Virus record (IMG/VR): IMGVR_UViG_3300031951_000204
Coordinates: 1 to 54,894 of that record
Source of the DNA: a virus
Taxonomy: Duplodnaviria > Caudoviricetes
Length of the DNA: 54,894 bases
Reading direction: 5' to 3' (one strand)
Every line of letters starts with the position of its first letter. Positions within the stretch are counted from its first letter, which is position 1. The translations under genes and the position numbers were made by a program. Below the pieces are notes generated by a model. The model searched no databases and was not told the DNA's origin. It saw only the letters and a list, made by a program, of their open reading frames with translations. Below are positions 15,412 through 24,081 of the stretch, one piece after another.

Positions 15412-15593
15412 GGCCGTTTCCCCCTCCTGCATTTGATCCATCCTTCCGCAATGCCTTTCAGCAAGGCGCGCCATGATGGCTGCCCAAACGTCGCTCCGGC
15501 GCGTGCGGTCGCCGCCACGTCGGTAGCAACCCGGTTCAGCGCCTCGACTTCGGCGGGCGTCATGTCAATCGTGTGTCGTTTCTGCTTCTTCAT
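15408..15593 (-). CDS. small RHH-like protein
   Basis: KRHTIDMT strand followed by helices. Confidence 0.5.
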   Translation of the reverse strand: MKKQKRHTIDMTPAEVEALNRVATDVAATARAGATFGQPSWRALLKGIAEGWIKCRRGKRP

Positions 15594-15735
15594 AATCTGG
15601 AAATATCTTGGTATCGTGGGCGAAAGCATCGCCGATTTCCCGGCGTATCGCGGAAAACCCGTTCATTGCGTCCATGATGGCAATGGCGATCATAAAGACG
15701 GCCATTCCGGTGAGGGCGAACATCAGACCTATCAT
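15565..15735 (-). CDS. small membrane protein
   Basis: Hydrophobic N-terminus MIGLMFALTGMAVFMIAIAIM; ATGA-coupled. Confidence 0.5.
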   Translation of the reverse strand: MIGLMFALTGMAVFMIAIAIMDAMNGFSAIRREIGDAFAHDTKIFPDYEEAETTHD

Positions 15736-15929
15736 GGCGCGATGATGATTTTGCGGACGCGCGGGCGGTCGCGCAACACGCGCTCCGCCGCCTTCCGCTG
15801 TTTCTCCGGCAGCGCGGGAACCTGACATTTCAGGACTTCCCGGCATCCGGCGGGCAGGGGTTTCTTGTGGAAAAGTCGATCCACCCAATCTGATGCGGCA
15901 ATCGCGCCGTGGTAAAGTATCGGGTTCAC
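15732..15929 (-). CDS. hypothetical protein
   Basis: GTG start directly after the CCCAACGAAAC motif. Confidence 0.5.
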   Translation of the reverse strand: MNPILYHGAIAASDWVDRLFHKKPLPAGCREVLKCQVPALPEKQRKAAERVLRDRPRVRKIIIAP

Positions 15930-15940
15930 GTTTCGTTGGG

Positions 15941-16066
15941 TTAAAGGGTTGAGACAAATAGGGCAAGCCATAAAACGGCAAGCCCGGCCATGACCTTGAG
16001 CGGGTTGATTCCAAGGAACGGGCAGGCGACAAGCCCGACAATCACGGGGATGAATAGCGGTGTCAT
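15941..16066 (-). CDS. 41-aa hydrophobic peptide (not in the ORF track)
   Basis: MTPLFIPVIVGLVACPFLGINPLKVMAGLAVLWLALFVSTL; ATGA-coupled. Confidence 0.5.
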   Translation of the reverse strand: MTPLFIPVIVGLVACPFLGINPLKVMAGLAVLWLALFVSTL

Positions 16067-16287
16067 GCAACCTCCTTTCCAGCGGCATCAAGCCGCGCGG
16101 CGAGGACATAGCGGCCTGACTCGTCGCGCTTCCACAAGGCGTAGCTCGTGATGCACACGTCGTCACGGTCAGACGAGCGGGAGTCTTGATCCGCTTTCGC
16201 GGCCTCAAGTGCTTCGGCTGGCGTGAAAATCCCCAGCGGGAGATACACGCCGTCTTCATTTTCGGCAATCAGTAGCAGGTTGTTCAT
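16063..16287 (-). CDS. hypothetical protein
   Basis: ATGA-coupled on both sides. Confidence 0.6.
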   Translation of the reverse strand: MNNLLLIAENEDGVYLPLGIFTPAEALEAAKADQDSRSSDRDDVCITSYALWKRDESGRYVLAARLDAAGKEVA

Positions 16288-16538
16288 TGGTGCAAGTGTG
16301 CTCGGTGTTGGATGAGATATTCGCGGATGTCCCGAATTTTGGCGTTGATCGCCGTGCGTGCGTCTCGTGCGGCGGTCCACGCTTCCGGCCCGGCAACGTA
16401 GTAATCGCGGGCGTTGAACTCGATCCGCTCCCATGCCTCAATGAAATCATGCAAGGCATCGTCAGCGGCATCGTATCCTTCACACAGCGTTTTCTTGCCG
16501 GTGCCGTTCAGGTGGATGGTGGGTAGGGGCGTGCTCAT
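16284..16538 (-). CDS. conserved small phage protein
   Basis: PTIHLNGT...FNARDYY motif. Confidence 0.65.
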   Translation of the reverse strand: MSTPLPTIHLNGTGKKTLCEGYDAADDALHDFIEAWERIEFNARDYYVAGPEAWTAARDARTAINAKIRDIREYLIQHRAHLHQ

Positions 16539-16978
16539 GTTGGTAGGTTGTCGTAGATTGCAGAGCTTGGAACTCCGGCATTTTCCCGCAGGAACTTCTT
16601 GAGCAAGCCGATTCCATCGCAGGCTTTCCCCCGTAGCTCCGCGCGTAGCTCCGACATGCTTTGCCATCCGCGCGGGACAAGGCGAGCCGCTGCCGGGTCT
16701 TGTGTGAGGTTGCCGGTGTCCGCCAGCCAGAATGTTTCAACGCCAAGGGCTTTGTTGGATAGCTTGAACTCCATGCAAAGACCTTCCTCCGGTCGCGTGG
16801 GATGCTTTGGCGGCGGAACAAGGCATTCCACAAAGCTGAATGCGTTATTCCAGACCTCGCGTTGCGCGGGCTTGAGGTCCATTCTCTTCTCCCTGTCCCA
16901 ATGTGCTATTTCCGCCACCACGCGCGGGAGCTTTTGTTGAAGCTGGGCCATGTAGAGGCCAAAATAGGGATTGCTCAT
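16535..16978 (-). CDS. hypothetical protein
   Basis: ATGA-coupled on both sides. Confidence 0.6.
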   Translation of the reverse strand: MSNPYFGLYMAQLQQKLPRVVAEIAHWDREKRMDLKPAQREVWNNAFSFVECLVPPPKHPTRPEEGLCMEFKLSNKALGVETFWLADTGNLTQDPAAARLVPRGWQSMSELRAELRGKACDGIGLLKKFLRENAGVPSSAIYDNLPT

Positions 16979-17289
16979 GGGTATCCGATTCCTTCCTCGT
17001 GTTGTTGGTGAATTGCTGCGAGGGCATCCGCTTCTGCTTTGCAGGCATCCGCCCATTCCTTTTCTTTCCTGTCATGCTGGGCGATTTGCTCAGGCGTGCG
17101 AATCAGCCAGTGTCCGGCATCCCCACGGTCAGCGTAGCAATCCGGGTCGCCATGCGTTCCGCACGTCGGGCACTCAGGACAAATGCACTCGTCCCGGTCA
17201 ACGTCTCCATTGCAGACTTCACAGATGCACGGGCCGTCGTCAGGCGGGCCGGAGCACCCCGGCGGGTATGACCATCCGAATGCGCTCAT
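16975..17289 (-). CDS. Cys-rich zinc-binding protein
   Basis: FGWSYPPGC...CEVC...CICPECPTC. Confidence 0.65.
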   Translation of the reverse strand: MSAFGWSYPPGCSGPPDDGPCICEVCNGDVDRDECICPECPTCGTHGDPDCYADRGDAGHWLIRTPEQIAQHDRKEKEWADACKAEADALAAIHQQHEEGIGYP

Positions 17290-17450
17290 GGCAGTTTCCT
17301 CCCGAACAGGACAAGGTTGATGTTGCAATAACGGCGGAAGAGCGAAAACCAGCGGGCCGGGTCGGTGCACCCGTAGCCAATCGGCCACAGAGAATCCATG
17401 TCGGTTTTCACCCGCTCGCGGCGGCGCAGGAGAACGGTTGTCGCGTTCAT
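17286..17450 (-). CDS. hypothetical protein (54 aa, not in the ORF track)
   Basis: Manual translation MNATTVLLRRRERV...GRKLP; ATGA-coupled on both sides. Confidence 0.5.
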   Translation of the reverse strand: MNATTVLLRRRERVKTDMDSLWPIGYGCTDPARWFSLFRRYCNINLVLFGRKLP

Positions 17451-17743
17451 GGCTGGCCTCCTATCTGCAAAGTGAAGCCATGGACAACCAAGGGCTTGCC
17501 GTTCGCGTGCCGCGGGCTGCCGGGCACCTCGACAAACGCTTTGATCGTCGGACGATTGCGGGCAATGCGCTTCATCGCGCCATCCCTCAGCGTTTGCAGG
17601 ACGTGGACAACCGCGGCTTGCGCGTTGCCCACAAAATACACGTTGCGCCAGCGGCCAAGGCTGCCGTCCCGGCGCTCAATGGCGACAAGGTAGGGCTTGC
17701 TTGTGATAGGCGTGGGTTGTTGTAGGTCGGTGTTCATGTTCAC
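17447..17743 (-). CDS. hypothetical protein
   Basis: Start follows the CCCAACGAAAC motif. Confidence 0.55.
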   Translation of the reverse strand: MNMNTDLQQPTPITSKPYLVAIERRDGSLGRWRNVYFVGNAQAAVVHVLQTLRDGAMKRIARNRPTIKAFVEVPGSPRHANGKPLVVHGFTLQIGGQP

Positions 17744-17755
17744 GTTTCGTTGGGG

Positions 17756-18085
17756 TTATTGTCCAAAGACCACGCGCAGCATGCGGGTTTCCAACCCGGT
17801 GACGTAGCGGAAAAGCTCCGTCAGCATGTCGTTGTAAATGTCGTCATGCTTGGCGATTTCCTTCACGGTGTTTCCGCGGATCACCGAAAACGTGACGGTG
17901 TAGGTGTCGCACGGGTCCAGCGTGATGCGGACATGATTGATACGGTTGCGCGTGAGCGTGCCGGGCAGGCGGAAGCTCAGGCCGTCAGGATGCGCAATCA
18001 GGTTGCGCGCTCCGGTCATTACGATGAAGCCTTGCCCGCCAAGCTGGGAAAGGATGGTTTTTGCGATGGTTTGGTTAGCACTCAT
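17756..18085 (-). CDS. conserved early phage protein
   Basis: IAKTILSQLGG..F..MTGA...DTYTVTF...IYNDML..LF...TGL; first gene of the leftward operon. Confidence 0.75.
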   Translation of the reverse strand: MSANQTIAKTILSQLGGQGFIVMTGARNLIAHPDGLSFRLPGTLTRNRINHVRITLDPCDTYTVTFSVIRGNTVKEIAKHDDIYNDMLTELFRYVTGLETRMLRVVFGQ

Positions 18086-18213
18086 ATCGGCGCGAAATTA
18101 CCCAACAAAACGTGAGGATGGCAAGAATAAAATGCAATGCGTCTCCAATTGTATTCATAACTTTTTGAAAATCCGTGCTTTACGTTTCGTGGGGAAATCG
18201 CATTTTGCTTCGC

Positions 18214-18393
18214 ATGTCCGAAGTTTCCCTTCCTCGCCTATTAAAAAAGAAGGATGTCGCCGCCGCCCTCTCTTGCTCTGTGAAGCATGTTGACCACCTT
18301 ATCAAAGCCGGAAAGCTCGCTACCGTTTCACTCGGCAGCAAGACCATCCGCATCACGCTCGATAGCGTCAAATCATTCATATCCGAACAATGA
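18214..18393 (+). CDS. HTH_17 excisionase/AlpA-like protein
   Basis: LLKKKDVAAALSCSVKHVDHLIKAGKL...IRITLDSVKSFI. Confidence 0.8.
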   Translation: MSEVSLPRLLKKKDVAAALSCSVKHVDHLIKAGKLATVSLGSKTIRITLDSVKSFISEQ

Positions 18394-19970
18394 ACGCCAT
18401 GCCACTCGATCCATCAAATTGGGTGATTGGCGACGACACGCCACCCGCAAACGTGATCGCAATGAACGAGACGGCCAAAGAGCCTCCGCCGCTGCCAGAA
18501 TCACGCCATATCACCGAATCAGCCATTGCAGAGGACACGGCGAGGCAACTCATCCACGCGGTTTGTGAATATGGGCGGGAGGCTCTCCATGATTTGCCGG
18601 TTGATTGGTTTCCCACCCCGGCATTGCGCAAGATGGCCTCCAAGTGTCTCGATGCGGCTGACAGCGGCATGACAGGATGGCAGGACATCATGCTTGTCCA
18701 CTTCCCCGCCGATGCCGAACGCTTCGCCTTCATGGAATGTGTGGAGCAAGGCATACTTCCAGCGTCCCCCGCCGCATGCCAAGCATTGTCAGAACGCCTC
18801 CGGGCACTCCACGTCGCGCAGCAAACGCGCACACTCGGCAGCAAGATAGCGCAAGCGGTTGAGGCTGGCGACGATCCGGGCCGGTTTATCGAACAACTGG
18901 CAAAGCTCCGCGAGGAAGCGGCAAGCAATACCGGCCTGCTTGCCATGGCCTATGCCATGCGATTCGATCCGCAGGCAAAGCCACCAGCCGATGAATGCAC
19001 CATGGCGCTAGGTGATGCTCCCATCACGGCGCGCGGCAATCTAACCGTGGTGCAAGGCAAATCCAAAGTCGGCAAGTCCGCCGTGGTTTCATCCCTCCTT
19101 GGCGCGGCGCTCCGCGGGCAAAAGATGTTTGAGAAGTTTGACACGCTCGGCATCGAATGGACACCGCAGCAAGAGGCGGAGGTGATCCTTCACTTCGACA
19201 CAGAGCAAAGCCCCCATGATTTCTACATACTGGTAGCGCGGGCATACCGGCGCAGCGCAACCCCGAAGTCCCTCGACCGTCTGTTATCCGTGCCGCTCGT
19301 GCGCTTCTCACGCAAAGACCGTCTCGCCATCGTGGAACAGATGATACAGAAGGAACACGAGAAGCACGGCAGGGTTGACCTCGTGGTTATTGACGGCGTG
19401 GCGGACCTATGCGCCAGCCCGAACGACGAGGAAGAAGCCTTGGCGCTTGTCGCTCACCTCATGGCGCTTTGCCACAAGTTCAACACTTCAATCGTCTGCA
19501 TCCTCCACGAGAACCCCGGCACGGACCAAGGCAAGACGCGCGGGCACCTCGGCAGCGAGTTGAACCGCAAGGCGTTTGCAAACCTCCGCATCGACAAGGA
19601 CGAAGAGGGGATTTCAACCTTGTGGGGAACGGACATGCGCAAAAAGGATATTCCGAAGTCTCAAGGAACCTGTTTTCAATACAGCGACGAAGAACAGATG
19701 CACGTCACGGTGGGCAAGGCTGGCGCTATCATGGCGGAGCGCAACGCGGAGAAGTCCCAGCGTCTCAAATCCGCCCGTGATGAAAAAGACCTTGAAAAGC
19801 TGGATCGCATCTATGAGGCGGGCGAGCCGTTGGATTACACCACGCTTGTTGACTCGATTTGCGAAGAGTTCGCAATCAAGGATCGTGGTGCGAAAGTCCG
19901 CGTTGCAAAATGGCGGGCGGATAGCGTCATTGAAAAGCTGGATGATGGCCGATACGCCCTCAAAAAATAA
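18390..19970 (+). CDS. AAA_25 / RepA-like replicative helicase
   Basis: QGKSKVGKS Walker A, FDTEQ, VIDG Walker B, LHENPG..KTRGHLGS; possible C-terminal winged helix. Confidence 0.8.
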   Translation: MNAMPLDPSNWVIGDDTPPANVIAMNETAKEPPPLPESRHITESAIAEDTARQLIHAVCEYGREALHDLPVDWFPTPALRKMASKCLDAADSGMTGWQDIMLVHFPADAERFAFMECVEQGILPASPAACQALSERLRALHVAQQTRTLGSKIAQAVEAGDDPGRFIEQLAKLREEAASNTGLLAMAYAMRFDPQAKPPADECTMALGDAPITARGNLTVVQGKSKVGKSAVVSSLLGAALRGQKMFEKFDTLGIEWTPQQEAEVILHFDTEQSPHDFYILVARAYRRSATPKSLDRLLSVPLVRFSRKDRLAIVEQMIQKEHEKHGRVDLVVIDGVADLCASPNDEEEALALVAHLMALCHKFNTSIVCILHENPGTDQGKTRGHLGSELNRKAFANLRIDKDEEGISTLWGTDMRKKDIPKSQGTCFQYSDEEQMHVTVGKAGAIMAERNAEKSQRLKSARDEKDLEKLDRIYEAGEPLDYTTLVDSICEEFAIKDRGAKVRVAKWRADSVIEKLDDGRYALKK

Positions 19971-19971
19971 A

Positions 19972-19998
19972 CCCCGGCGCGCACAAGGCGGGCCGGGG
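19972..19998. terminator. GC-rich hairpin between convergent genes
   Basis: CCCCGGCGCGC-ACAAG-GCGGGCCGGGG. Confidence 0.45.
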
Positions 19999-20006
19999 CG
20001 CGCCCC

Positions 20007-20267
20007 TCAATCAGTCGGGCACCCTCGCCAATCGTCCCCAGCGTGCATTGCCTCCGCCGCCATGCGGGCAAGGTTGCGCGTGCGATAGGTCACGCCGCCC
20101 GGCACGAGCACAAATCGCCCGTCCCTCCGCTCGATCCGATATGGCTTCGTGCTTGGCCTGCCGCCCCGCCGCCCGTTCGCTCTCACCGCTTCCGCTTTCG
20201 CCTCGCTCTTCACGCGTCCGCCTTTCCGGCCAAGCATCGCAGCGGCTTTCTTGATTGGGTCATTCAT
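20007..20267 (-). CDS. small basic phage protein
   Basis: AAAMLGRKGG...SEAKAEAVRANGRRGGRP motif. Confidence 0.7.
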   Translation of the reverse strand: MNDPIKKAAAMLGRKGGRVKSEAKAEAVRANGRRGGRPSTKPYRIERRDGRFVLVPGGVTYRTRNLARMAAEAMHAGDDWRGCPTD

Positions 20268-20475
20268 GGGTTGCTCCTTTCCTCATGGCTATCCGGGTTT
20301 CCCCGACCTCGCCCCCCATCCACCTGTCAGGCTCGCGCGCGGTTTGCAAGGCCGTTTCAATCCTGGCCTCACTGTCCGCCCCGTGGATCGTGTCCAGCCA
20401 GCGGCCAAGGGAGGAATCCCACGACTGCACCACAAAGCGGCGAGCGTGCGCGTGGTTGGAAAGCGGGTAGTTCAT
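20260..20475 (-). CDS. hypothetical protein
   Basis: Operon-coupled. Confidence 0.55.
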   Translation of the reverse strand: MNYPLSNHAHARRFVVQSWDSSLGRWLDTIHGADSEARIETALQTAREPDRWMGGEVGETRIAMRKGATHE

Positions 20476-20813
20476 CCCTCGCCTCCTTTCGCTCCGGTGA
20501 TGGCGGCGCGGATCATTTTAAGCGCGATCTTCAAATCCCGCTTTGCAGACCCGTCAGCCAATTCGCTTTGCGCCTCATAGACATGAGCTTCAGCCGCAAC
20601 AAGGGCATCAAGCAACTCCGGCGCGGCACAGAAAAGCGCGGCGTTCGCCTTCATCGTTTCCGCCGTGCTGGGTGATCCTTTCCGCATGTCCCCGCCGCCA
20701 TAAGGCGAGGTTGAAACGTCAGGGAACGAGCAAACAACCCGGCTTAGTCCGTCAAATATAGCGTTCGGCGTGCCGTCTTTTTTCCGCCCGTAGGTGAGTT
20801 GGATGGAGTTCAT
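20472..20813 (-). CDS. conserved phage protein
   Basis: ANAAL..AAPELLDAL motif, common in phage early genes. Confidence 0.7.
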   Translation of the reverse strand: MNSIQLTYGRKKDGTPNAIFDGLSRVVCSFPDVSTSPYGGGDMRKGSPSTAETMKANAALFCAAPELLDALVAAEAHVYEAQSELADGSAKRDLKIALKMIRAAITGAKGGEG

Positions 20814-20977
20814 GCGTCCCCCCCTTCAACCTTGGTAATAACAAGGAAATCTTTTTCGCTCCATAAAATGTGATGTGCTTTCAGTTGCTCCGCAAAAGCG
20901 CGGGCTTCCTCGATGTTGGAAAATCGGCGCTTGATTCGTTTCGTGCCCAAGCGGGCTTCAAGTGTGTATGGTTTCAT
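20810..20977 (-). CDS. hypothetical protein (55 aa, not in the ORF track)
   Basis: Manual translation MKPYTLEARLGTKRIKRRFSNIEEARAFA...; ATGA-coupled. Confidence 0.5.
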   Translation of the reverse strand: MKPYTLEARLGTKRIKRRFSNIEEARAFAEQLKAHHILWSEKDFLVITKVEGGDA

Positions 20978-20981
20978 CTTC

Positions 20982-21233
20982 TCAGTTTTCTACGGTTTGT
21001 GGTTCATGTCTAAACGTCCATCCGCGATACTCGCGGCGCGCCGCGGCTGCGGCTTCAATCTCACTCGCCCAAAATGGCTCTTGATTCCCGAAGCGCCAAG
21101 GAGCGCCAATCGTCCGCTCATTCGTGTGAAACAGCGTGGCCTCGCTCCGGTCTTTGGTCATCGGTCCATAGGCTTCATAAAACTCCTCCCCCGTGGGGGA
21201 AATCAGGATTGTTATGTGTCGGTTCATGTTCAT
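20982..21233 (-). CDS. hypothetical protein
   Basis: Operon context. Confidence 0.55.
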   Translation of the reverse strand: MNMNRHITILISPTGEEFYEAYGPMTKDRSEATLFHTNERTIGAPWRFGNQEPFWASEIEAAAAARREYRGWTFRHEPQTVEN

Positions 21234-21238
21234 TCCTT

Positions 21239-21664
21239 TCAGTCGATGTTGTTGGAAGCCAGCCACGACGGGTAATCCCCATCGTGAAGCGGGCAGTATG
21301 GCGGCACAGGGCCGTTGCATTTACCGAAATTGCACGGGCAATCCAGTTCCTTGACGAGTTCCCCTGCCGTCCATGTCCATTGCCCGCGCAGGTTTGCAAA
21401 CTCATACGGGGTGCAATCCACAATCACGGCCACCGCATCAGCGGCAGGCTCGTGAGGGTTGCGGTCAAAACGATCAGGCAAAACAACCTGCGTGTTGGGG
21501 GCGAGTCCGCGGAGATAGGCAATCGCGGATTCCTTGGTTGTAAGGTCAACGCAATCCGCCAATCGCCAGCCCTTGCCGCTCGTGAGATTGGCCACAAGCT
21601 CAGCCTGCTTCTCCGCATGGTCAGGATCGCCGATCAGGGTGATGGGGAAATGGCGCGCGCTCAT
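21239..21664 (-). CDS. hypothetical protein with C-terminal CxC..CPLH motif
   Basis: ATGA-coupled. Confidence 0.6.
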   Translation of the reverse strand: MSARHFPITLIGDPDHAEKQAELVANLTSGKGWRLADCVDLTTKESAIAYLRGLAPNTQVVLPDRFDRNPHEPAADAVAVIVDCTPYEFANLRGQWTWTAGELVKELDCPCNFGKCNGPVPPYCPLHDGDYPSWLASNNID

Positions 21665-22185
21665 GCCATGCTCCTTTCCACCCGTGAGAGCACGGAGCGC
21701 AGGCGGTTCGCAAACTCGCCCACCGTTTCAACCTTCCACTCGCCTTTTGTCAGCCATTCGCTGTGATAGTGCTCAGGACGGGAATAGACGGCCTCGACGC
21801 GAAAGGCGCGGATCAGGCGCAGCATGCTGGCGATTTCATCCGCCGCATAGCCTTCGTCCGCCTTCATCACCGCAAGGCGCTTGTGGACGCCCCGCAGCGA
21901 TGTCACGGCATCAATGTAGTCTTGCACGTCGTCAGACTCAACCTCACGCCCGCGCCACAGGCTCAAAACCTTGCCGTCATCACAGCGAAACGCGCGAATG
22001 CTGAATCCGCCCGTGTCGCCATTCACACGCTCTTCATGGTATGGATTCGACCAGTTGCGCGGCTTCCCATCCTCGCCCACCTTGGCGACAATGGCGCGGA
22101 ACACGTCAGGGACATTCCCCCGCGCATCACACGGGGCTTTCAATTCTTCAATCATCAGGATTCTAGTTTTATGGGTAGTCTTCAT
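21661..22185 (-). CDS. hypothetical protein
   Basis: Start follows the CCCAACGAAAC motif. Confidence 0.65.
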   Translation of the reverse strand: MKTTHKTRILMIEELKAPCDARGNVPDVFRAIVAKVGEDGKPRNWSNPYHEERVNGDTGGFSIRAFRCDDGKVLSLWRGREVESDDVQDYIDAVTSLRGVHKRLAVMKADEGYAADEIASMLRLIRAFRVEAVYSRPEHYHSEWLTKGEWKVETVGEFANRLRSVLSRVERSMA

Positions 22186-22233
22186 GTTTCGTTGGGGTTG
22201 TGGCGGGGGATCGAACCCCGCCGGGTTGGTTGG

Positions 22234-22590
22234 TCACTTCGTCACGGTCGGGCACTTGCGGTTCTCCCACTTGTCCGACCACGCGGAAAGAATGCTGTCC
22301 ATCGCATCCGGAATGTCGGATCGATAGGTGTAATCCGCCACGAGTTCAAAAGGCTCGTTTCCAAGCACGAGAAACAGCGTGTAGCGTTCCTCTCCCTTGG
22401 CGAGCCTCAGCCATCCCTCGTCACACGCTGTCAGATTCTCCACAGCAAGCTTCTTGGCTTTGGATGGTTCGAGGTGCGCAAGGTGATCCCGCTCTTCCCC
22501 ATTGTCAGCGTAGCGCAGGACATAGCCCGCGCGCTGCAAATGGTTCACAAGGCTCGATACAACGGGTTTCCAATTCAGGTAGGTTCTCAT
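22234..22590 (-). CDS. conserved hypothetical phage protein
   Basis: DNGEE...ACDE..L....LVLGNEPFELVADY. Confidence 0.65.
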   Translation of the reverse strand: MRTYLNWKPVVSSLVNHLQRAGYVLRYADNGEERDHLAHLEPSKAKKLAVENLTACDEGWLRLAKGEERYTLFLVLGNEPFELVADYTYRSDIPDAMDSILSAWSDKWENRKCPTVTK

Positions 22591-22624
22591 TTTGTTGGTT
22601 GGGGTTGGGGTTCTGGTTGGTTTC

Positions 22625-22888
22625 TCAGATGCTCAAAAGGCGGGATTGCGATCCATTGCGGAATCCGCGATAAATCGGTGTCTTGCTGTCCCGGCGGCGC
22701 GCATCCATCGCTGCCCCGCGAATCGTCGTGAACGGACCATAAGCCGAGCAATAGCCCACCATGGGGCACACAGTTTCCGAATCCGGAGAGTCGGCGGAAT
22801 AGGCACGGAAGAAACCGGACTTTTCAGCGTGCCAGTCTTCCATGATTACGATGCAGGGGGTGGTTGTGGTGTCGGTGTTTGCTTTCAT
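22625..22888 (-). CDS. hypothetical protein, first of the leftward early block
   Basis: Preceded by TTGGCA-16-TATCTT with a near-palindrome ACCAAAGCGGTTTGGT in the spacer. Confidence 0.55.
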   Translation of the reverse strand: MKANTDTTTTPCIVIMEDWHAEKSGFFRAYSADSPDSETVCPMVGYCSAYGPFTTIRGAAMDARRRDSKTPIYRGFRNGSQSRLLSI

Positions 22889-22963
22889 TGCGGCGTCAAG
22901 ATACCAAACCGCTTTGGTTTGCCAAGAACTATTTTCATCCAATTTTCCACTGTTCACACGAAC

Positions 22964-23152
22964 AAAGTGCAAAGGTGCAAAACCTAGTGCAAAACATAGT
23001 GCAAAATGCACTCACTGGTGCATGTTCATAAGTGCAGTAGTGCAAAGGTGCAAAATGGCCCCTTGTGAAACAAGGGCCAATGCACTTTGCACTTTGCACT
23101 ATGCACCAAACACAAAAATTCACTTCTAACAGCCAAGTGCAAACTTTGCACC
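22964..23152. repeat. iteron-like (G)TGCA(A/C) repeat cluster, putative replication origin
   Basis: 15 TGCA cores in about 185 bp, AT-rich, direct and inverted, around palindrome TGGCCCCTTG-TGAAA-CAAGGGCCA. Confidence 0.7.
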
Positions 23153-23165
23153 TTGACGAAACGTG
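23153..23165 (+). promoter_or_regulatory. TTGACGAAACGT promoter motif (further copies at 24046, 24720, 27386, 46502)
   Basis: Five copies, each 34-36 nt upstream of an ATG. Confidence 0.7.
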
Positions 23166-23187
23166 AACCCCGTCAACCATCCCTCCC

Positions 23188-23430
23188 ATGTCCAAACCCA
23201 AAACATCCGCCAACTCCAACATCCCCGAAGGCTTCAAGGTCCGAATCTTCCTCCCCGGTGCCGTCATCCACGTTCTCACGGCGTCTGAGCCTCAAATCAT
23301 CCGCGACGAGCAAGATCGAATCATATCCGCCCACCTCGACATCATCCCCAACACCGAGCACGGCGATTCCATCGGATTCATCGACTGGTCCGCCGTCATC
23401 GCCGTCTCTTGGCGTCAAACGAACGTTTGA
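23188..23430 (+). CDS. hypothetical protein
   Basis: ATG lies 35 nt after the promoter motif. Confidence 0.65.
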   Translation: MSKPKTSANSNIPEGFKVRIFLPGAVIHVLTASEPQIIRDEQDRIISAHLDIIPNTEHGDSIGFIDWSAVIAVSWRQTNV

Positions 23431-23540
23431 GGTTTCAGCCGTGGCGGTGGGGGGTGGCCGACTACAAGCAAGCATCGGTTACGCATACGCGCGCAGAATT
23501 TGCTCTTGCAAAAAATTCGCTCCTGCAAACAAGTTGCGTC

Positions 23541-23954
23541 ATGGATGCCGTTGCAATCGTGAACGCAGAATTACCCAAAGGCCGCAGACCGCTGACGAGC
23601 CTTGCCAATCCCGGCGACCTTTCCCCGAAGGTCTTGAGCATCCTCACCGAGAAGGTCCCGCCCGCCGAGGTGGCCGATGCGATTGGCGACATGATACGAG
23701 CCAAGCGAGTGACGAAGAACGGCGTGGAGGTGGATGGGCGGCAGCGTGAGGCTGGCGTGAAGCTGTGGCTGGCCTATGCCGTGGGCCTGCCGGTTCAACG
23801 CGTGGAAAGCGTCAACGTCAACCTCGACGCGGAATCCGGTGTTGGGTTGCGCGAACGCTTGGCGAAATCCCCCGCGCTCCGGGCGGCATTGCGAAAGGAG
23901 CTAGATGCCGCTGACTCGGTGGAGGTGGAAAGCGTGGCAGAAAAAGGAGTGTAG
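23541..23954 (+). CDS. terS: putative terminase small subunit
   Basis: Position upstream of terL; AGVKLWLAYAVGLPVQRVE segment resembles terS-like proteins. Confidence 0.5.
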   Translation: MDAVAIVNAELPKGRRPLTSLANPGDLSPKVLSILTEKVPPAEVADAIGDMIRAKRVTKNGVEVDGRQREAGVKLWLAYAVGLPVQRVESVNVNLDAESGVGLRERLAKSPALRAALRKELDAADSVEVESVAEKGV

Positions 23955-24081
23955 CAAAATAAACGGTTGTCGCATGGGTTTCGCGCGGATTTTCGGCTTT
24001 CGATTCGTGCTCCTGTAATCCTCCGTTATTTTTGCCACGTTCGGATTGACGAAACGTGGGGATGGGCGAGAATGTGGCGAC

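Noticed and set aside
7700-16066. Small hydrophobic ORFs as holins
   Set aside because: They lie in early operons and no endolysin is seen in the window.
22964-23152. CRISPR array or coding repeat (ORFs 22842-23129, 22935-23279)
   Set aside because: The units are 4-7 bp, irregularly spaced and in both orientations; the translations are Cys/His-rich artefacts.
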